Of a DNA stretch of 64,000 nucleotides, positions 50,900 to 61,074 are shown piece after piece. The notes beneath the pieces were generated by a model, which searched no databases, was not told the origin of the DNA, and was given only the letters and a program-made list of their open reading frames with translations. Made by a program: the position numbers and the translations under genes. Numbering within the stretch: the first letter of the stretch is position 1; each line of letters opens with the position of its first letter. Origin of the DNA: Candidatus Dormiibacterota bacterium. Its GTDB lineage: Bacteria > Chloroflexota > Dormibacteria > Aeolococcales > Aeolococcaceae. Where the stretch lies: positions 71,402 through 135,401 of the forward strand of contig CAWHWM010000003.1 in assembly GCA_963833055.1 (NCBI GenBank), given 5' to 3'.

Positions 50900-52749
50900 A
50901 TGCTTTCGAAACGATTGTGGGTGAGGAGGAGCGTTGTCGGAGTCGCCGGTATGGCGGCAGTCGTTCTCGCAGCGTGCGGGAGCACCACCGGTAGCAGCGG
51001 GCCTGCTGTCACCAAGACGTCGGCGACGTTCGCTGAAGGCCCTGGTGCCCAGCCGAACTACATCTTCCCGCTCACGTCGCTGGGATATTTCAGTGTCGCC
51101 AACCTCAGCCAGTTCCAGTACCTCATGTACCGGCCGCTGTACTGGTTCGGCGACAACGGTCAGGTCCAGCTCAACAGCAGCCTGAGCCTCGCCGATCCGC
51201 CCGTGTACTCCGCGGACGGCAAGCAGGTGACCATCACCCTCAAGGGATGGAAGTGGTCGGACGGGACCCAGATCACCGCGCGCGACATCCAGTTCTGGCA
51301 GAACCTCGTGACAGCCAACAAGGAGAACTGGCCGGCTACTCGCCTGGCGAGTATCCCGACAACGTGCTCAGCACCACGATCAACCCCAACAACCCGCTGC
51401 AGATCACGTTCAATCTCAGCCAGGCGTACGGCTCGTACTTCTTCACGTACAACGAGCTGAGCCAGATCACCCCGCTCCCCCAGCACGTCTGGGACAAGGA
51501 GTCAGCCACCGGACCTGTCGGCAACTACGACGAGACCCCGGCCGGCGCGCAGGCGGTCTACAAGTTCCTCGACTCGCAGTCGAAGTCCATCTCGACCTAT
51601 GACACCAACCCGCTCTGGCAGGTCGTGTCGGGTCCGTGGAAGCTGAAGTCGATGGACACCGCGGGCGACGTCTCGATGGTCCCGAACCTCGGGTACGGTG
51701 GACCGATCAAGCCGACCCTCAAGCAGTTCAACGAGGTTCCGTTCACCAAGGACACCGCCGAGTTCGACGAGCTCAAGTCGGCCACGTCAGTGACGAATAC
51801 AACGATCGACTGGGGGTACATTCCGGACGCGGACGTGCTCCAGAAGGGCACGCTGAGCAATATCTACAACTTCTCAGTGTGGCCGGGCTGGCAGATCACG
51901 TACTTCCCGGAGAACTTCACCAACCCGACCAGCGGTCCGATCTTCAGGCAGCTGTACTTCAGACAGGCGATGCAGGATCTGGTCGATCAGAACACCTTCA
52001 TCCAGAAAGCCTTCTTCGGATACGGCTATCCGACGTATGGACCGGTGCCGACCAAGCCATCCTCGAACTTCGTCGACTCGTTCGAGAAGAGCAATCCGTA
52101 TCCGTACGACCCGAGCAAGGCCATTGCACTGCTGAAGGCCAACGGATGGACCGTCGATGTCGGCGGGGTCAGCACGTGCACCAACCCAGGCACCGGAACA
52201 GGCCAGTGCGGCGCCGGCGTCAAGCAGGGTGCGAAGGCTTCGTTCAGCCTCCAGTATCTGAGCGGGACACCCGCTCTCGACCAGGAGATGGCGCAGTTCA
52301 AGACCGAGTTCGCGCAGGCGGGCATTGCGATCAACCTCTCTACCGCACCGTTTGACACGGTCATCGGCAACGCAGCGCCGTGCAAGACCGGTCAGGCATG
52401 CAACTGGGACATGGAGTTCTGGGGTGGTGGGTGGATCTACGCACCAGACTACGAGCCGACAGGCGATGAGCTCTGGTCGTGCACCGGAACCGGCGCCAAC
52501 ATGCAGTACGCGGGCTCGAACTACGGTGGGTACTGCGACCCGCAGGCGCAGAGCGATATCGAAGCGACCGAGACGAGCAGCAACGTGCAGGCCATGTACA
52601 CGTACGAGGACTACCTCGCCAAGAACCTTCCAGTCATCTGGATGCCGGTCAACTACGCGCAGTTGAACATGATCAACAAGGATCTCAAGGGGACCCAGCC
52701 GCTGGATCCGCTCCTGCAGATCTACCCAGAGAACTGGCGCTGGTCCTGA
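50900..52749 (+). pseudogene. ABC transporter substrate-binding lipoprotein, family 5 (peptide/nickel type), one apparent frameshift near 51327; orphan
   Basis: AGGAGG lies 7 nt upstream of ATG 50900. The lipobox is AVVLAACGS. ..YRPLYWFG..WSDGTQITARDIQFW.. is in ORF 50870-, and the remainder (..GYSPGEYPDNV.. to the end) is in ORF 51247-52749. No permease or ATPase genes are nearby. Confidence 0.8.
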
Positions 52750-52781
52750 GCTGACCCGCTGGTTCTCACCACAGCAATTGA

Positions 52782-52815
52782 GGGGTGCCGGCTGGAGCCG
52801 GCATCCCTCTTCTGT
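52782..52815 (+). terminator. rho-independent terminator-like hairpin after the SBP gene
   Basis: GGGGTGCCGGC-TGGA-GCCGGCATCCC forms an 11-bp stem with one G-U pair, followed by the T-rich TCTTCTGT. It lies 33 nt after the stop at 52749. Confidence 0.6.
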
Positions 52816-52874
52816 ATTGATTGGATCGACGACGGCCCGCGCCCTTGCCGGCGCCGCACAGCAGGCCGCGAAAC

Positions 52875-53273
52875 CTACAGAGGGGACTTGAGCTTTCGCC
52901 AGCCACCGGCCCGGTTGTTGGCAACGATCGCGCGGAAGATACCGGCAAGCGCGTCGCGGTTCAGCCGTTCACCCTCACGAATCGCAACGGTCCGGCCTGT
53001 CTTGTTGTCATGGCCGCCCGTGATGATGCCGTGGGGATCCGCGACGATACCGCCGTCATACAGAAAGACGTTGACGTGGTCCTTCGCCGCGAGGAGTGCG
53101 CAGATGTTGCCGCTGAGCACGAAATACGGCTGGACAGTGCGCTTGATCGTCTCCGTCACCTCAGGATCGATGGAATGCACAAGATCGCGAACCTCGTGGC
53201 ACACGCGGCGCTGCCACAGGGGAAGCGGATCGATATAGGCGTCGACGCGCGGGTCAGTCCGGTAGGCCGTCAT
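52875..53273 (-). CDS. DUF1801 (YdhG-like) domain-containing protein
   Basis: A 132-aa ORF. ..RVDAYIDPLPLWQRRVCHEVRDLVHSIDPEVTETIKR.. fits my recollection of DUF1801 proteins. Confidence 0.5.
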   Translation of the reverse strand: MTAYRTDPRVDAYIDPLPLWQRRVCHEVRDLVHSIDPEVTETIKRTVQPYFVLSGNICALLAAKDHVNVFLYDGGIVADPHGIITGGHDNKTGRTVAIREGERLNRDALAGIFRAIVANNRAGGWRKLKSPL

Positions 53274-53460
53274 CAGTGTCCAGCCTCGGTATGGAGTCGC
53301 AGCAGCGCAGCCACCGACGCAGTATATTCATCATATTCAGCACGCGCTGAAGATACCGAAGGCAGGAGCCCTCCATGGAGGCGGTTGCAGTGGTGCAGGC
53401 GGTGGGCCATCCGACGCCGGTGCACGCGGTGGCACGGCGCAACCGGCGAGGAGCACACGG

Positions 53461-54008
53461 GTGAAAGCCGCCGAAGAGCAGTGCATCGAAGACATGGCCC
53501 AGCTCATGGTGTCGTGGGGCCTGCCGCGCACCACCGGACGCGTCTACGGGCTGCTGTTGTTGCAGTCGGCGCCAACCGATCTTGACGAGATGGTGGCTCT
53601 GATCGATGTCTCAAAGAGTGGTGCGTCCATTGCGGCACGCCAGCTCGTTGCGCTCGGGCTTGCGCGCGCTTCAGGGGACGAGGGTCACGTCGCGTGCGCT
53701 ACCAAGCGCTCTACACGCTTGATGCCATCTTCGCTGCGCGAGCTGCCCAGATGCACGAGCTCCTCAAACAGCTTCGGCAGGGCGCCGAGGCTGCTTCGAT
53801 CGCCCCGGCTCGCAGTCACTTGACGGAGATGGCAAACGGCCTGGAACTGTGGATCGTGACGGCCTCTCAGTTGATGAACTCGGCGAATTGCCGGGAAGGA
53901 GTGAGCGATGACATCGGCGACTGCCGCGCTGCATACGGAGAACTTGACCAAGCACTACGGATCGGTCGTCGGGCTGGATTCGCTCAACCTCGACGTTCAG
54001 CAGGGTGA
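53461..54008 (+). pseudogene. GbsR/MarR-like winged-helix transcriptional regulator, one apparent frameshift near 53680
   Basis: ..MAQLMVSWGLPRTTGRVYGLLLLQSAPTDLDEMVALIDVSKSGASIAARQLVALGLARASGDEG| is followed in another frame by |SRRVRYQALYTLDAIFAARAAQMHELLKQL... The 3' end is uncertain. The frame-0 stop is at 54008. An alternative frame stops at 53909-53911, overlapping the ATG at 53908. Confidence 0.6.
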
Positions 54009-54825
54009 GGTGCTCGGGTACCTCGGTCCCAACGGTGCCGGCAAGACGACGACCATCAGGTCAATCCTCGGCTTGATCAGGCCGACGTCCGGGAGCGCCG
54101 AGATCTTCGGTATCGACACACAGGAACAGACGGTCGAGTCGCACAAGCGGGTGGCGTATGTTCCCGGTGAGGCGAGCTTCTGGCCGAGCCTCACCGGGAT
54201 CAAGACTCTGCATCTGCTCGGCAAGGTCCACGGCAGCGTCGACATCCCGTTTCGTGACGAGCTGATTCAACGTTTCGACTTCGATCCTTCTCGCAAGGTG
54301 CGCACCTACTCGAAGGGCAATCGCCAGAAGATCAACCTGATCGGAGCCCTGGCGACGCGCGCCGATCTTCTGATCATGGACGAGCCCACAAGCGGGCTGG
54401 ATCCGATCATGGAACAGGCTTTCCGGCACAGCGTCGTTGAGGCGAAGGGGCGCGGGCAGACGATCTTTCTGTCGTCGCACATCCTCGAGGAGCTCGAGGC
54501 GCTCTGCGACCGCATCGGCATCCTTCGGAGCGGCAAGCTCATCGAGCTGGGAACGCTTGCGGAGATGCGTCATCTCTCCGCCCTGACCGTCGAAGCGACA
54601 TTCGAAGGCGCCCCGCCCCCACTGGATCATGTCGAGGGTGTCAGCAACGTGCAGGTCGAGGGGAGCCACGTCACATTCAACGTCCGTGGTGCCGTTGATC
54701 CCGTCCTCCGGGTGATCGCCGACCATCATCCGATTACCCTGCTGAGCCGCCAGCCGTCACTGGAGGAACTCTTCCTTGCGCTCTATGGAGCGCCTGATGG
54801 CAGTCCGGCGCCGGATCACCAATGA
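53908..54825 (+). CDS. ABC transporter ATP-binding protein (ABC-2/DrrA-like exporter type)
   Basis: Walker A is GPNGAGKTT, the signature is YSKGNRQKINL and Walker B is LLIMDEPTSGLD. It overlaps the permease gene by 4 nt. Confidence 0.9.
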   Translation: MTSATAALHTENLTKHYGSVVGLDSLNLDVQQGEVLGYLGPNGAGKTTTIRSILGLIRPTSGSAEIFGIDTQEQTVESHKRVAYVPGEASFWPSLTGIKTLHLLGKVHGSVDIPFRDELIQRFDFDPSRKVRTYSKGNRQKINLIGALATRADLLIMDEPTSGLDPIMEQAFRHSVVEAKGRGQTIFLSSHILEELEALCDRIGILRSGKLIELGTLAEMRHLSALTVEATFEGAPPPLDHVEGVSNVQVEGSHVTFNVRGAVDPVLRVIADHHPITLLSRQPSLEELFLALYGAPDGSPAPDHQ

Positions 54826-56483
54826 CCACCGTGACTGCGACCAGCCGGTCCGGGCCGTCACGCACGGCATTTCGTTCGCCGGCCACCGTGATCGGCCGTC
54901 TGGTTGCCCGCCGGACGTGGCGTTCCGCGGCGATCTGGGCCGTCATCTTCGGCATCTACGCAGCGTCAAAGGCAATCGGTGCCGCCGACGTGTATCCAAC
55001 TCCTGCCGCGTTACGTGCAGCGGCGCAGCAGCTCTCGAGTGACGCGGGGATCAACGCGCTGATCGGCCGTCCCCTCTATCTCGGCACGCTGTCCGGTGAG
55101 ATCCAGTGGAACGTGCTGCAGATCATGGCCACCCTCGGAGCCATCTGGGCGCTCCTGGCTGCGACAAAGTATTTCCGTGGCGAGGAGGATGCGGGGCGCT
55201 GGGAGATCCTGGTCACGGGTCCCACCACTGCACGTTTGGCGGCGGCGAACGCCCTCGGCGGACTCTTCGTCAGCACGGCGTTGCTCTTCGCGATTTCAGC
55301 GATTCTCTTCATCGGTGCCGGCGCCGACAAAGTGGTGGACGTCCGTCCTGGGCCGATGGTTCTCCTGGCGCTTGCCGTGGCGCTCGGCTGCGCGATGTTC
55401 GCGGCTGTCGGGGCACTGACCAGCCAACTCCTCCCGGCACGTGGGCGTGCAGCCGGCTTGGCCGCCGGTGTCCTGGGTGTTTCCTTCCTCCTGCGCTCGA
55501 TGGGCGATATCACGTCGGCGCACTGGTTGCTGGACATCACCCCGTTGGGCTGGTTGGAACAGATCTCTCCGCTGACGCACACGTCGTCTTTCTGGATCCT
55601 TCCACCGCTGGCGTTCATCGTCGTCTGCGGAGGGCTGACGGTTTTCTTCGCCGGCCGGCGAGACCTGGGTTCTGGCGTCTTCACGGTGAGCGACTCCTCG
55701 CGGCCGCACACGCGGTTGCTGGGCGGTCCACTCGCAGCGGCGGTGCGGCTGACGCGTGTCTCGAGCGTGCTCTGGGTTGTGGTCCTCCTGCTGGTCGGAG
55801 CGCTGTACGCGTCCTTTACCAATGGCGCCGTCTCGTCGTTGGCCACATCGTCGAGTGCGCAGCAGATCTTTCAACACCTCGTGCATGTCAACAGCGCGGC
55901 GTTCGCACGGGCATACCTCGGTCTCGCCTTCTTCATCCTCCTGACGTTGATGTGCGTCTATGCGGCCACCGCAGTCGGAGCCATCCGGGACGAGGAGGCG
56001 TCAGGACGGCTGGACAATCTTCTCGTCCAGCCCGTGAGTCGCCTCCGGTGGCTCGGAGGGCGAACGGCTGTCGTCGCTGTCGTGATCGTCATCGCCGGGG
56101 TTGCCGGTGCGCTCGGAGCATGGCTCGGTCTCGGCAGTCAGAACAGCGGCGTCTCGTTCACGACCCTCCTCGAAGCCGGCGCGAATGCGATGGGGCCCGC
56201 GCTGTTCATTCTCGCCGCGGGCGTCTTTGCCTTCGGTATCTGGCCGCGCCGGACGATCATCGTCGCGTACGCCGTTCTCGGGTGGTCGTTCCTCATCGTG
56301 ATGCTGAGCAGCGGGATCAACATTCCAGATTGGATTCAGGACACGTCGTTGTTGCACCACATCGTCTTCGCTCCGGCAGCGTCACCCGATTGGGCGACAA
56401 ATCTCGTCGTGCTGGTCATCGCCGCCGGAATCAGTGCCGCTGGAGGCGTGCTCTTCATCCGGCGAGATCTGCAGGGAGAGTGA
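54822..56483 (+). CDS. ABC-2 type exporter permease (large, about 12 TM)
   Basis: A 553-aa polytopic protein translationally coupled to the ATPase (ATGA at 54822-54825). Confidence 0.75.
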   Translation: MTTVTATSRSGPSRTAFRSPATVIGRLVARRTWRSAAIWAVIFGIYAASKAIGAADVYPTPAALRAAAQQLSSDAGINALIGRPLYLGTLSGEIQWNVLQIMATLGAIWALLAATKYFRGEEDAGRWEILVTGPTTARLAAANALGGLFVSTALLFAISAILFIGAGADKVVDVRPGPMVLLALAVALGCAMFAAVGALTSQLLPARGRAAGLAAGVLGVSFLLRSMGDITSAHWLLDITPLGWLEQISPLTHTSSFWILPPLAFIVVCGGLTVFFAGRRDLGSGVFTVSDSSRPHTRLLGGPLAAAVRLTRVSSVLWVVVLLLVGALYASFTNGAVSSLATSSSAQQIFQHLVHVNSAAFARAYLGLAFFILLTLMCVYAATAVGAIRDEEASGRLDNLLVQPVSRLRWLGGRTAVVAVVIVIAGVAGALGAWLGLGSQNSGVSFTTLLEAGANAMGPALFILAAGVFAFGIWPRRTIIVAYAVLGWSFLIVMLSSGINIPDWIQDTSLLHHIVFAPAASPDWATNLVVLVIAAGISAAGGVLFIRRDLQGE

Positions 56484-56508
56484 TTCCCACCGCGGGAGCT
56501 ACCGGTGC

Positions 56509-57134
56509 TTATGAGGGACCCACCTCGGATTGGGTCCGCCGGTGAGGGACGACAACGTTCATCACCCGGACCCGGCGGCTTCCCCGGGGCCGCGTGCCGC
56601 GCAGCGTCCGCCCTCGATACGGGTCGAGCACCGCCCCCAACTCCTGCGACAACCCGCTGGACTTCTTCGACGCTCAGCCAGAGGTCCGCAGTGTTCATCG
56701 CAGCGGCATTCCGCCATTCCTCGGGCTCGGTGTGCGCGGCTTCGATGAATTCCATGCCCACCGTTCGTGTCGAGTTGAAGTAGACGCCCGTCACCGCGGA
56801 CGTCGCTGATGCTGCGGCCGGCGTCGAGGCGTCCAGGTCGACCGTGATCGGCCGTGCGGCCGTCCGCCAGGGGCGCTCCCGACCGTCCGGCCGCGGTGGT
56901 GCTGGTTCGATGATCCCGTAGCGCTCCAGGAACTTCAGGTGGTACGCGGTCGCGCTGGCACTGAGACCGGTCACGGCAGCGCACTCGGTGGCGGTCAGCT
57001 CATCGCCCGCCGACAAGCGCGTCGAGGATTGCCAGCCGGGCTGGATGAGCCCAGGCGCGGATGCCCCGAGGGTCGTCAACCCGAAGCGGGGCACCGTCCC
57101 CGCGTGAGATCACCCGGTCATCCTCCTCTGGCAT
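56509..57134 (-). pseudogene. ArsR-family winged-helix regulator with C-terminal extension, two apparent frameshifts (about 56985 and 56655)
   Basis: My translation from ATG 57134 gives MPEEDDRVISRGDGAPLRVDDPRGIRAWAHPARLAILDALVGG|. It continues in ORF 56336-57094 as |DELTATECAAVTGLSASATAYHLKFLERYGIIE... A further shift restores ..ELGAVLDPYRGRTLRGTRPRGSRRVRVMNVVVPHRR.. with stop at 56509. Confidence 0.65.
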
Positions 57135-57152
57135 CGAGCTCAAGCCTACTCC

Positions 57153-57197
57153 TTGACATCCGAGTTGTTCAGCAAATACTGTTCAACACATGCTGAA
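57153..57197 (+). promoter_or_regulatory. candidate sigma-70-type promoter giving a leaderless MFS mRNA, with inverted repeat TTCAGCA-N16-TGCTGAA
   Basis: TTGACA (57153-57158), an 18-nt spacer, then TACTGT (57177-57182). ATG 57190 lies 7-8 nt downstream and there is no Shine-Dalgarno sequence. The inverted-repeat arms are at 57168-57174 and 57191-57197, in the ArsR/MFS divergent intergenic region. Confidence 0.4.
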
Positions 57198-58419
57198 TAT
57201 TACGGCAGGACGCCGGGACCTGATCGTGGCGCTCGGCGGACGAATGATCTCGACCTTCGGCGACGAGGTTGCCCTGGTCGCCCTGACCCTCCGTCTTCAA
57301 GCTGACGGTGCCCATCCGTACGAGGTCGGCGTGCTGCTCGCCGCCGGCGTGATCCCACTCCTCTTCCTCTCCCGCCCGGTGGGTCGCCTTGTGGATACCC
57401 ACGACTCACGACGTCTGCTCGTTGGTGCCGGTCTGATCGAGGTGGGATGCACGGTGCCGCTGATCCTCGTGCACTCCGTCGTGGTCATCGTGCTGCTGGT
57501 CGCATTGCTTGGCGCGGCTGCGTCGGTGACCGCCGCCACGTGGACCGCGCTCGTCCCGCGGATCGTTGGCGAGGACCATGTCGGCAAGGCGGTCGCGGCT
57601 CAGCAGTCACTGAATGCCCTTGTCCTCGTCGGCGCCCCTGCTGTCGGCGGCCTGCTCGCCGGTGCGTTCGGAACCGGGCTGCCCCTGGCCGTCGATGCGG
57701 TCACGTTCGCTGTCTTGACGCTGGCGGCGGCGCTGGTTCGCACACGGCGGCGACCGGCTGGACTGGTGGCCGACGCTCCCTCGGGACGCGCTCGGGGTGG
57801 CTTCGAAATCCTGCGCAGCGACCCGGTACTGGCGCCGCTCACTGTCGGCCTGGGACTGGTGGTCCTCCTGGTCGGAATGGTCGACGTGGTGCTCGTCTTC
57901 CTGATTCGCGAGACGCTCCACGCCGGCGGCGTCTGGTACGGAACCGCGATGGCCGCATGGATGGCGGGGATGGTCGCCGGGTCGCTCGGCGCCGGTCGGC
58001 TCGTAACTGAGCGCGCTCAGGCGTGGGCAACGATCGCCGGCGCCGGCGTCGCCTGCGCCGCCCTTGCCCCATTCGCGGTGGTCTCCGCGGTATGGATGCT
58101 CGTGCCGTTGTCGATCATCGGTGGTCTGGGGAACGGCTATGCGGCCGCCTGCTACTCAACGCTGCTCGTCCGCCGCACGCCTGACTCGGCGCGGGGACGA
58201 GTGGCCGCAGCCGCAAATGCCGCCATCGGGGGCGCTCAAGGCGCCTCACTGCTGATCGGTGGCGCAGTCGCGATCGCGCTGAGCCCGCGGGCCATCTACG
58301 CCATTGCCGGGATCCTCGGCGTAGCCGCCGCGATAGCGATCGGCCTGGTCCACGCCACGCACACGACACGAGGCGAACTGAAGGATCTGGTTAGAGGTGC
58401 GGGCTCGGTCGGTAGATGA
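57190..58419 (+). CDS. MFS transporter
   Basis: A 409-aa protein with about 12 TM helices and MFS-type loops (..FLSRPVGRLVDTHDSRR..). It is divergent from the ArsR-type regulator. Confidence 0.8.
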   Translation: MLNITAGRRDLIVALGGRMISTFGDEVALVALTLRLQADGAHPYEVGVLLAAGVIPLLFLSRPVGRLVDTHDSRRLLVGAGLIEVGCTVPLILVHSVVVIVLLVALLGAAASVTAATWTALVPRIVGEDHVGKAVAAQQSLNALVLVGAPAVGGLLAGAFGTGLPLAVDAVTFAVLTLAAALVRTRRRPAGLVADAPSGRARGGFEILRSDPVLAPLTVGLGLVVLLVGMVDVVLVFLIRETLHAGGVWYGTAMAAWMAGMVAGSLGAGRLVTERAQAWATIAGAGVACAALAPFAVVSAVWMLVPLSIIGGLGNGYAAACYSTLLVRRTPDSARGRVAAAANAAIGGAQGASLLIGGAVAIALSPRAIYAIAGILGVAAAIAIGLVHATHTTRGELKDLVRGAGSVGR

Positions 58420-58970
58420 GCTCTTGGATGCTCCCGTCGAGCGTCCTGCTCTCGAGCAGCTCAAGGTCGAAGTCGTCCGCACCGCGAAAGATGGGGTCCG
58501 ATCCGGTCTTCCCCGTGATCACCGGGAAGAGCGTCACCTGGACGCGATCGACCAGGCCGGCGGCCATGAGCGATCGATTCATCGACAGGCTGCCGTGCGA
58601 GCGCAGCGGCACGTCGGACTCTTCCTTGAGCCGGGCGACGACGTCGACTGCATCACCACTCACCAGCGTCGCGTCCGGCCAGTCCAGCGGTCCCTGTCAG
58701 GCTCGTCGACACCACCGTTGCAGGCATGTTCCTCATCCGAGTGACCCAGGGGTCACGAACGTCCGAATCCTCGGTGCTCGCGGCCAGCATCTGCGCAAAC
58801 GCGCGATATGTGTTCGCTCCGAAGACCATCCGCTGCTCGCCGCCATACAACGCGAAGCGACGGTCGAGCAACTCAGGGCCCTGCTTGCCCCAGTACCCGC
58901 CCCAATTGCCGCCGGCGGCTCCGAATCCATCGAGGCTGGAAAAGACGTCGAAGGTATAGGTGGCAGTCAC
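58391..58970 (-). pseudogene. dihydrofolate reductase-like (RibD C-terminal domain) family protein, one apparent frameshift near 58690
   Basis: (V)TATYTFDVFSSLDGFG..MVFGANTYRAF..ATVVSTSL| lies in ORF 58653-59069. |GPLDWPDATLVSGDAVDVVARLKEESDVPLRSHGSLSMNRSLMAAGLVDRVQVTLFPVITG.. lies in ORF 58391-58663. GTG start at 58970 with GGAGAGAGG upstream. Confidence 0.7.
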
Positions 58971-59204
58971 GATCCTCTCTCCTCGAGCGCGGTTGATCGG
59001 TGCGTGAGGATACAGACGTGGGCTGGAATGGGGTTGCACAAACAGGGAGTCGGGGATGTCAGGTGTCACCTGACCACGTATTCCGTGTCCGTGCGTTTCG
59101 GTGTTCTGTCGTGCGCCGCACCTGGGTCCTCACGTTCTGCTCGCCAGCGACGACGAGCAACAGCGGATCATGGGGTCCCCCGGTTCAAGAAAAGGTAATC
59201 CAAC

Positions 59205-59927
59205 GTGACCACCACCGCTGAGGACGAACCCGACCCAAAGGCGGGGGTAACGGTCGCTGTGGGACGACGGGTCTTTCTTGGTATGGCGGCACTCGGGGTG
59301 GCGGGAATCGCCTTCGGTGCTCGGCTCGAGACTGTCCTCAACTCTGCGCTGCAAACATTCCTTCCGTTCTGGCCTGGTTTTCGCATCTACTCGATCTCCG
59401 GTTCATACCCGGAGATCTCCGAATCGGCATACCGCCTGGAGATCACCGGGCTGGTCGACAAACCGCAGACCCTCACGCTGGCCGATCTCAAGGCGATGCC
59501 GAGCACGGCGTTCACCCAGGAGTTCCAGTGTGTCACCGGCTGGAGCGTCCCCAATGTCGAGTGGGAAGGTGTGAAGCTGTCCGATCTGCTCGATCAGGTC
59601 GGCGTGCAGGCAGGCGCCGTGGCGCTGAGCTTCGAGTCCTATGACGGTGCTGACTCTGAGAGCCTCACCCTCGATCAGGCGCACCTGCCTGACGTCATCG
59701 TGGCCTATCGAATGCTCGGCGCCCCGGTCACCGTCGCACACGGTGGGCCGGTTCGCCTGTACGTGGGACCGATGTTTGGCTACAAGTCGCTCAAATGGCT
59801 GTCAGCGATCCGCGTCGTCGACCAGGTCATCCCGGGGTACTGGGAACAGAACGGCTACCCGCTCAACGGTTGGAGGGACGGCTCGACGGGACCAACCGAT
59901 GCGGCGTTGACGGGTGGAGCGCAGTGA
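59205..59927 (+). CDS. molybdopterin-dependent oxidoreductase (sulfite-oxidase fold, YedY/MsrP-like)
   Basis: A Tat-like GRRVFLGMAALG is followed by ..FQCVTGWSVPNVEWEGVKLSDLL.. and ..HGGPVRLYVGPMFGYKSLKWL... The stop overlaps the next gene's GTG (GTGA). Confidence 0.75.
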   Translation: MTTTAEDEPDPKAGVTVAVGRRVFLGMAALGVAGIAFGARLETVLNSALQTFLPFWPGFRIYSISGSYPEISESAYRLEITGLVDKPQTLTLADLKAMPSTAFTQEFQCVTGWSVPNVEWEGVKLSDLLDQVGVQAGAVALSFESYDGADSESLTLDQAHLPDVIVAYRMLGAPVTVAHGGPVRLYVGPMFGYKSLKWLSAIRVVDQVIPGYWEQNGYPLNGWRDGSTGPTDAALTGGAQ

Positions 59928-60595
59928 GCGTCCGGATTGACGCATACCAGCAAACCGTTTCCCGCATCTTGCGATTCGACCGCGTGCAGCGAGCCGCCCA
60001 TTGGGCGAACGCCCTGCTCTTCGGCATCCTGATGGTCACGGCGCTGCTCCTGTACTTCCCTGGACTGTCGGGCATCGTCGGGCGGCGCGCGCTGGTGGTG
60101 AATATCCATGTGTGGACGGGGATTGCCCTTCCACTCCCCATCCTCGTGTCATTGCTCGGCCCATGGGGCGCTCGCATGCGCCGCGACCTGCGGCGCGTCA
60201 ACCGCTGGACGAGAGATGAGATTGCCTGGCTGTGGGCCCTGGGGCGAAGGGCCCCTCGCGTCGTCGATAAATTCAATCCGGGGCAGAAGCTCAACTCCAT
60301 CTTCGTCGGCGGCGCCATCGTGGTCATGCTGATCACCGGCATCGTGTTGCGGTGGTTTCAGTTCTTCCCAGTCAGCTGGCGCATGGGTGCAACGTTTGTC
60401 CACGACCTCATGGCTGTGGCGATCTTCATTGCGGTCATCGGTCACATCGCCTTTGCCCTCGCGCATCCCGAGGCGATGCGATCGATATTCAGCGGCTGGG
60501 TGTCGAAAGGATGGGCTGCTCGCCACGCTCCTGCATGGCTCCGTGAAGAGACCGGTGAACCTGACCCCGAAGAAGCCGTGGTGAGTGCTGAATGA
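59924..60595 (+). CDS. cytochrome b-type membrane subunit (cytochrome b561/FdnI-like; MsrQ-like partner)
   Basis: RFDRVQRAAHWANALLFGILMV.. with four TM helices carrying conserved His (HW, HVW, HDL, GHIAFALAH). Start GTG 59924 is chosen within ORF 59795-60595. Confidence 0.65.
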   Translation: MSVRIDAYQQTVSRILRFDRVQRAAHWANALLFGILMVTALLLYFPGLSGIVGRRALVVNIHVWTGIALPLPILVSLLGPWGARMRRDLRRVNRWTRDEIAWLWALGRRAPRVVDKFNPGQKLNSIFVGGAIVVMLITGIVLRWFQFFPVSWRMGATFVHDLMAVAIFIAVIGHIAFALAHPEAMRSIFSGWVSKGWAARHAPAWLREETGEPDPEEAVVSAE

Positions 60596-60798
60596 CAGCG
60601 CGCCTCCCGGCTTCGACGTGGTCCTGCGCCATGAGCGCGCACACAACGAAACAACGTGAGCTGGCCGGTGAATGGCCACATCACTCAGAGAGACGGCACT
60701 GGAGGTCGGACGATGCTGGCAGACGCTCTCCCGCAGACGGGAACCCATGGAGTGGCGAAAGGTCCACTCAAGAACACACACGACAGGATGGTGCGGCC

Positions 60799-60999
60799 AT
60801 GAGACGTGGTCTGATCATCGTCGGGGTCCTCGCCATCCTTGTTGGCATCGTGTTCTTCTTTCAGGGGATCGGCGTGCTCAAGGGCAGTTCCATGACCGGG
60901 GAAACGTTCTGGTTGTGGGTCGGAGTGGTTCTCGTCATCGCTGGTGCGCTGGCTGTGTTCCAGGGCTCGAGGTCTGTACGACGCACACCGGCGGACTGA
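60799..60999 (+). CDS. small hypothetical membrane protein (two TM)
   Basis: MRRGLIIVGVLAILVGIVFFFQGIGVLKGSSMTGETFWLWVGVVLVIAGALAVFQG. ATG 60799 lies within ORF 60592-60999. Confidence 0.45.
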   Translation: MRRGLIIVGVLAILVGIVFFFQGIGVLKGSSMTGETFWLWVGVVLVIAGALAVFQGSRSVRRTPAD

Positions 61000-61074
61000 C
61001 CACGGCGCGCTCGTACAGGATTACTCCCGTTGCCGTGGCGTCGTCTTCTGCGTGTCCTGCTGTGCAGGAACGAC

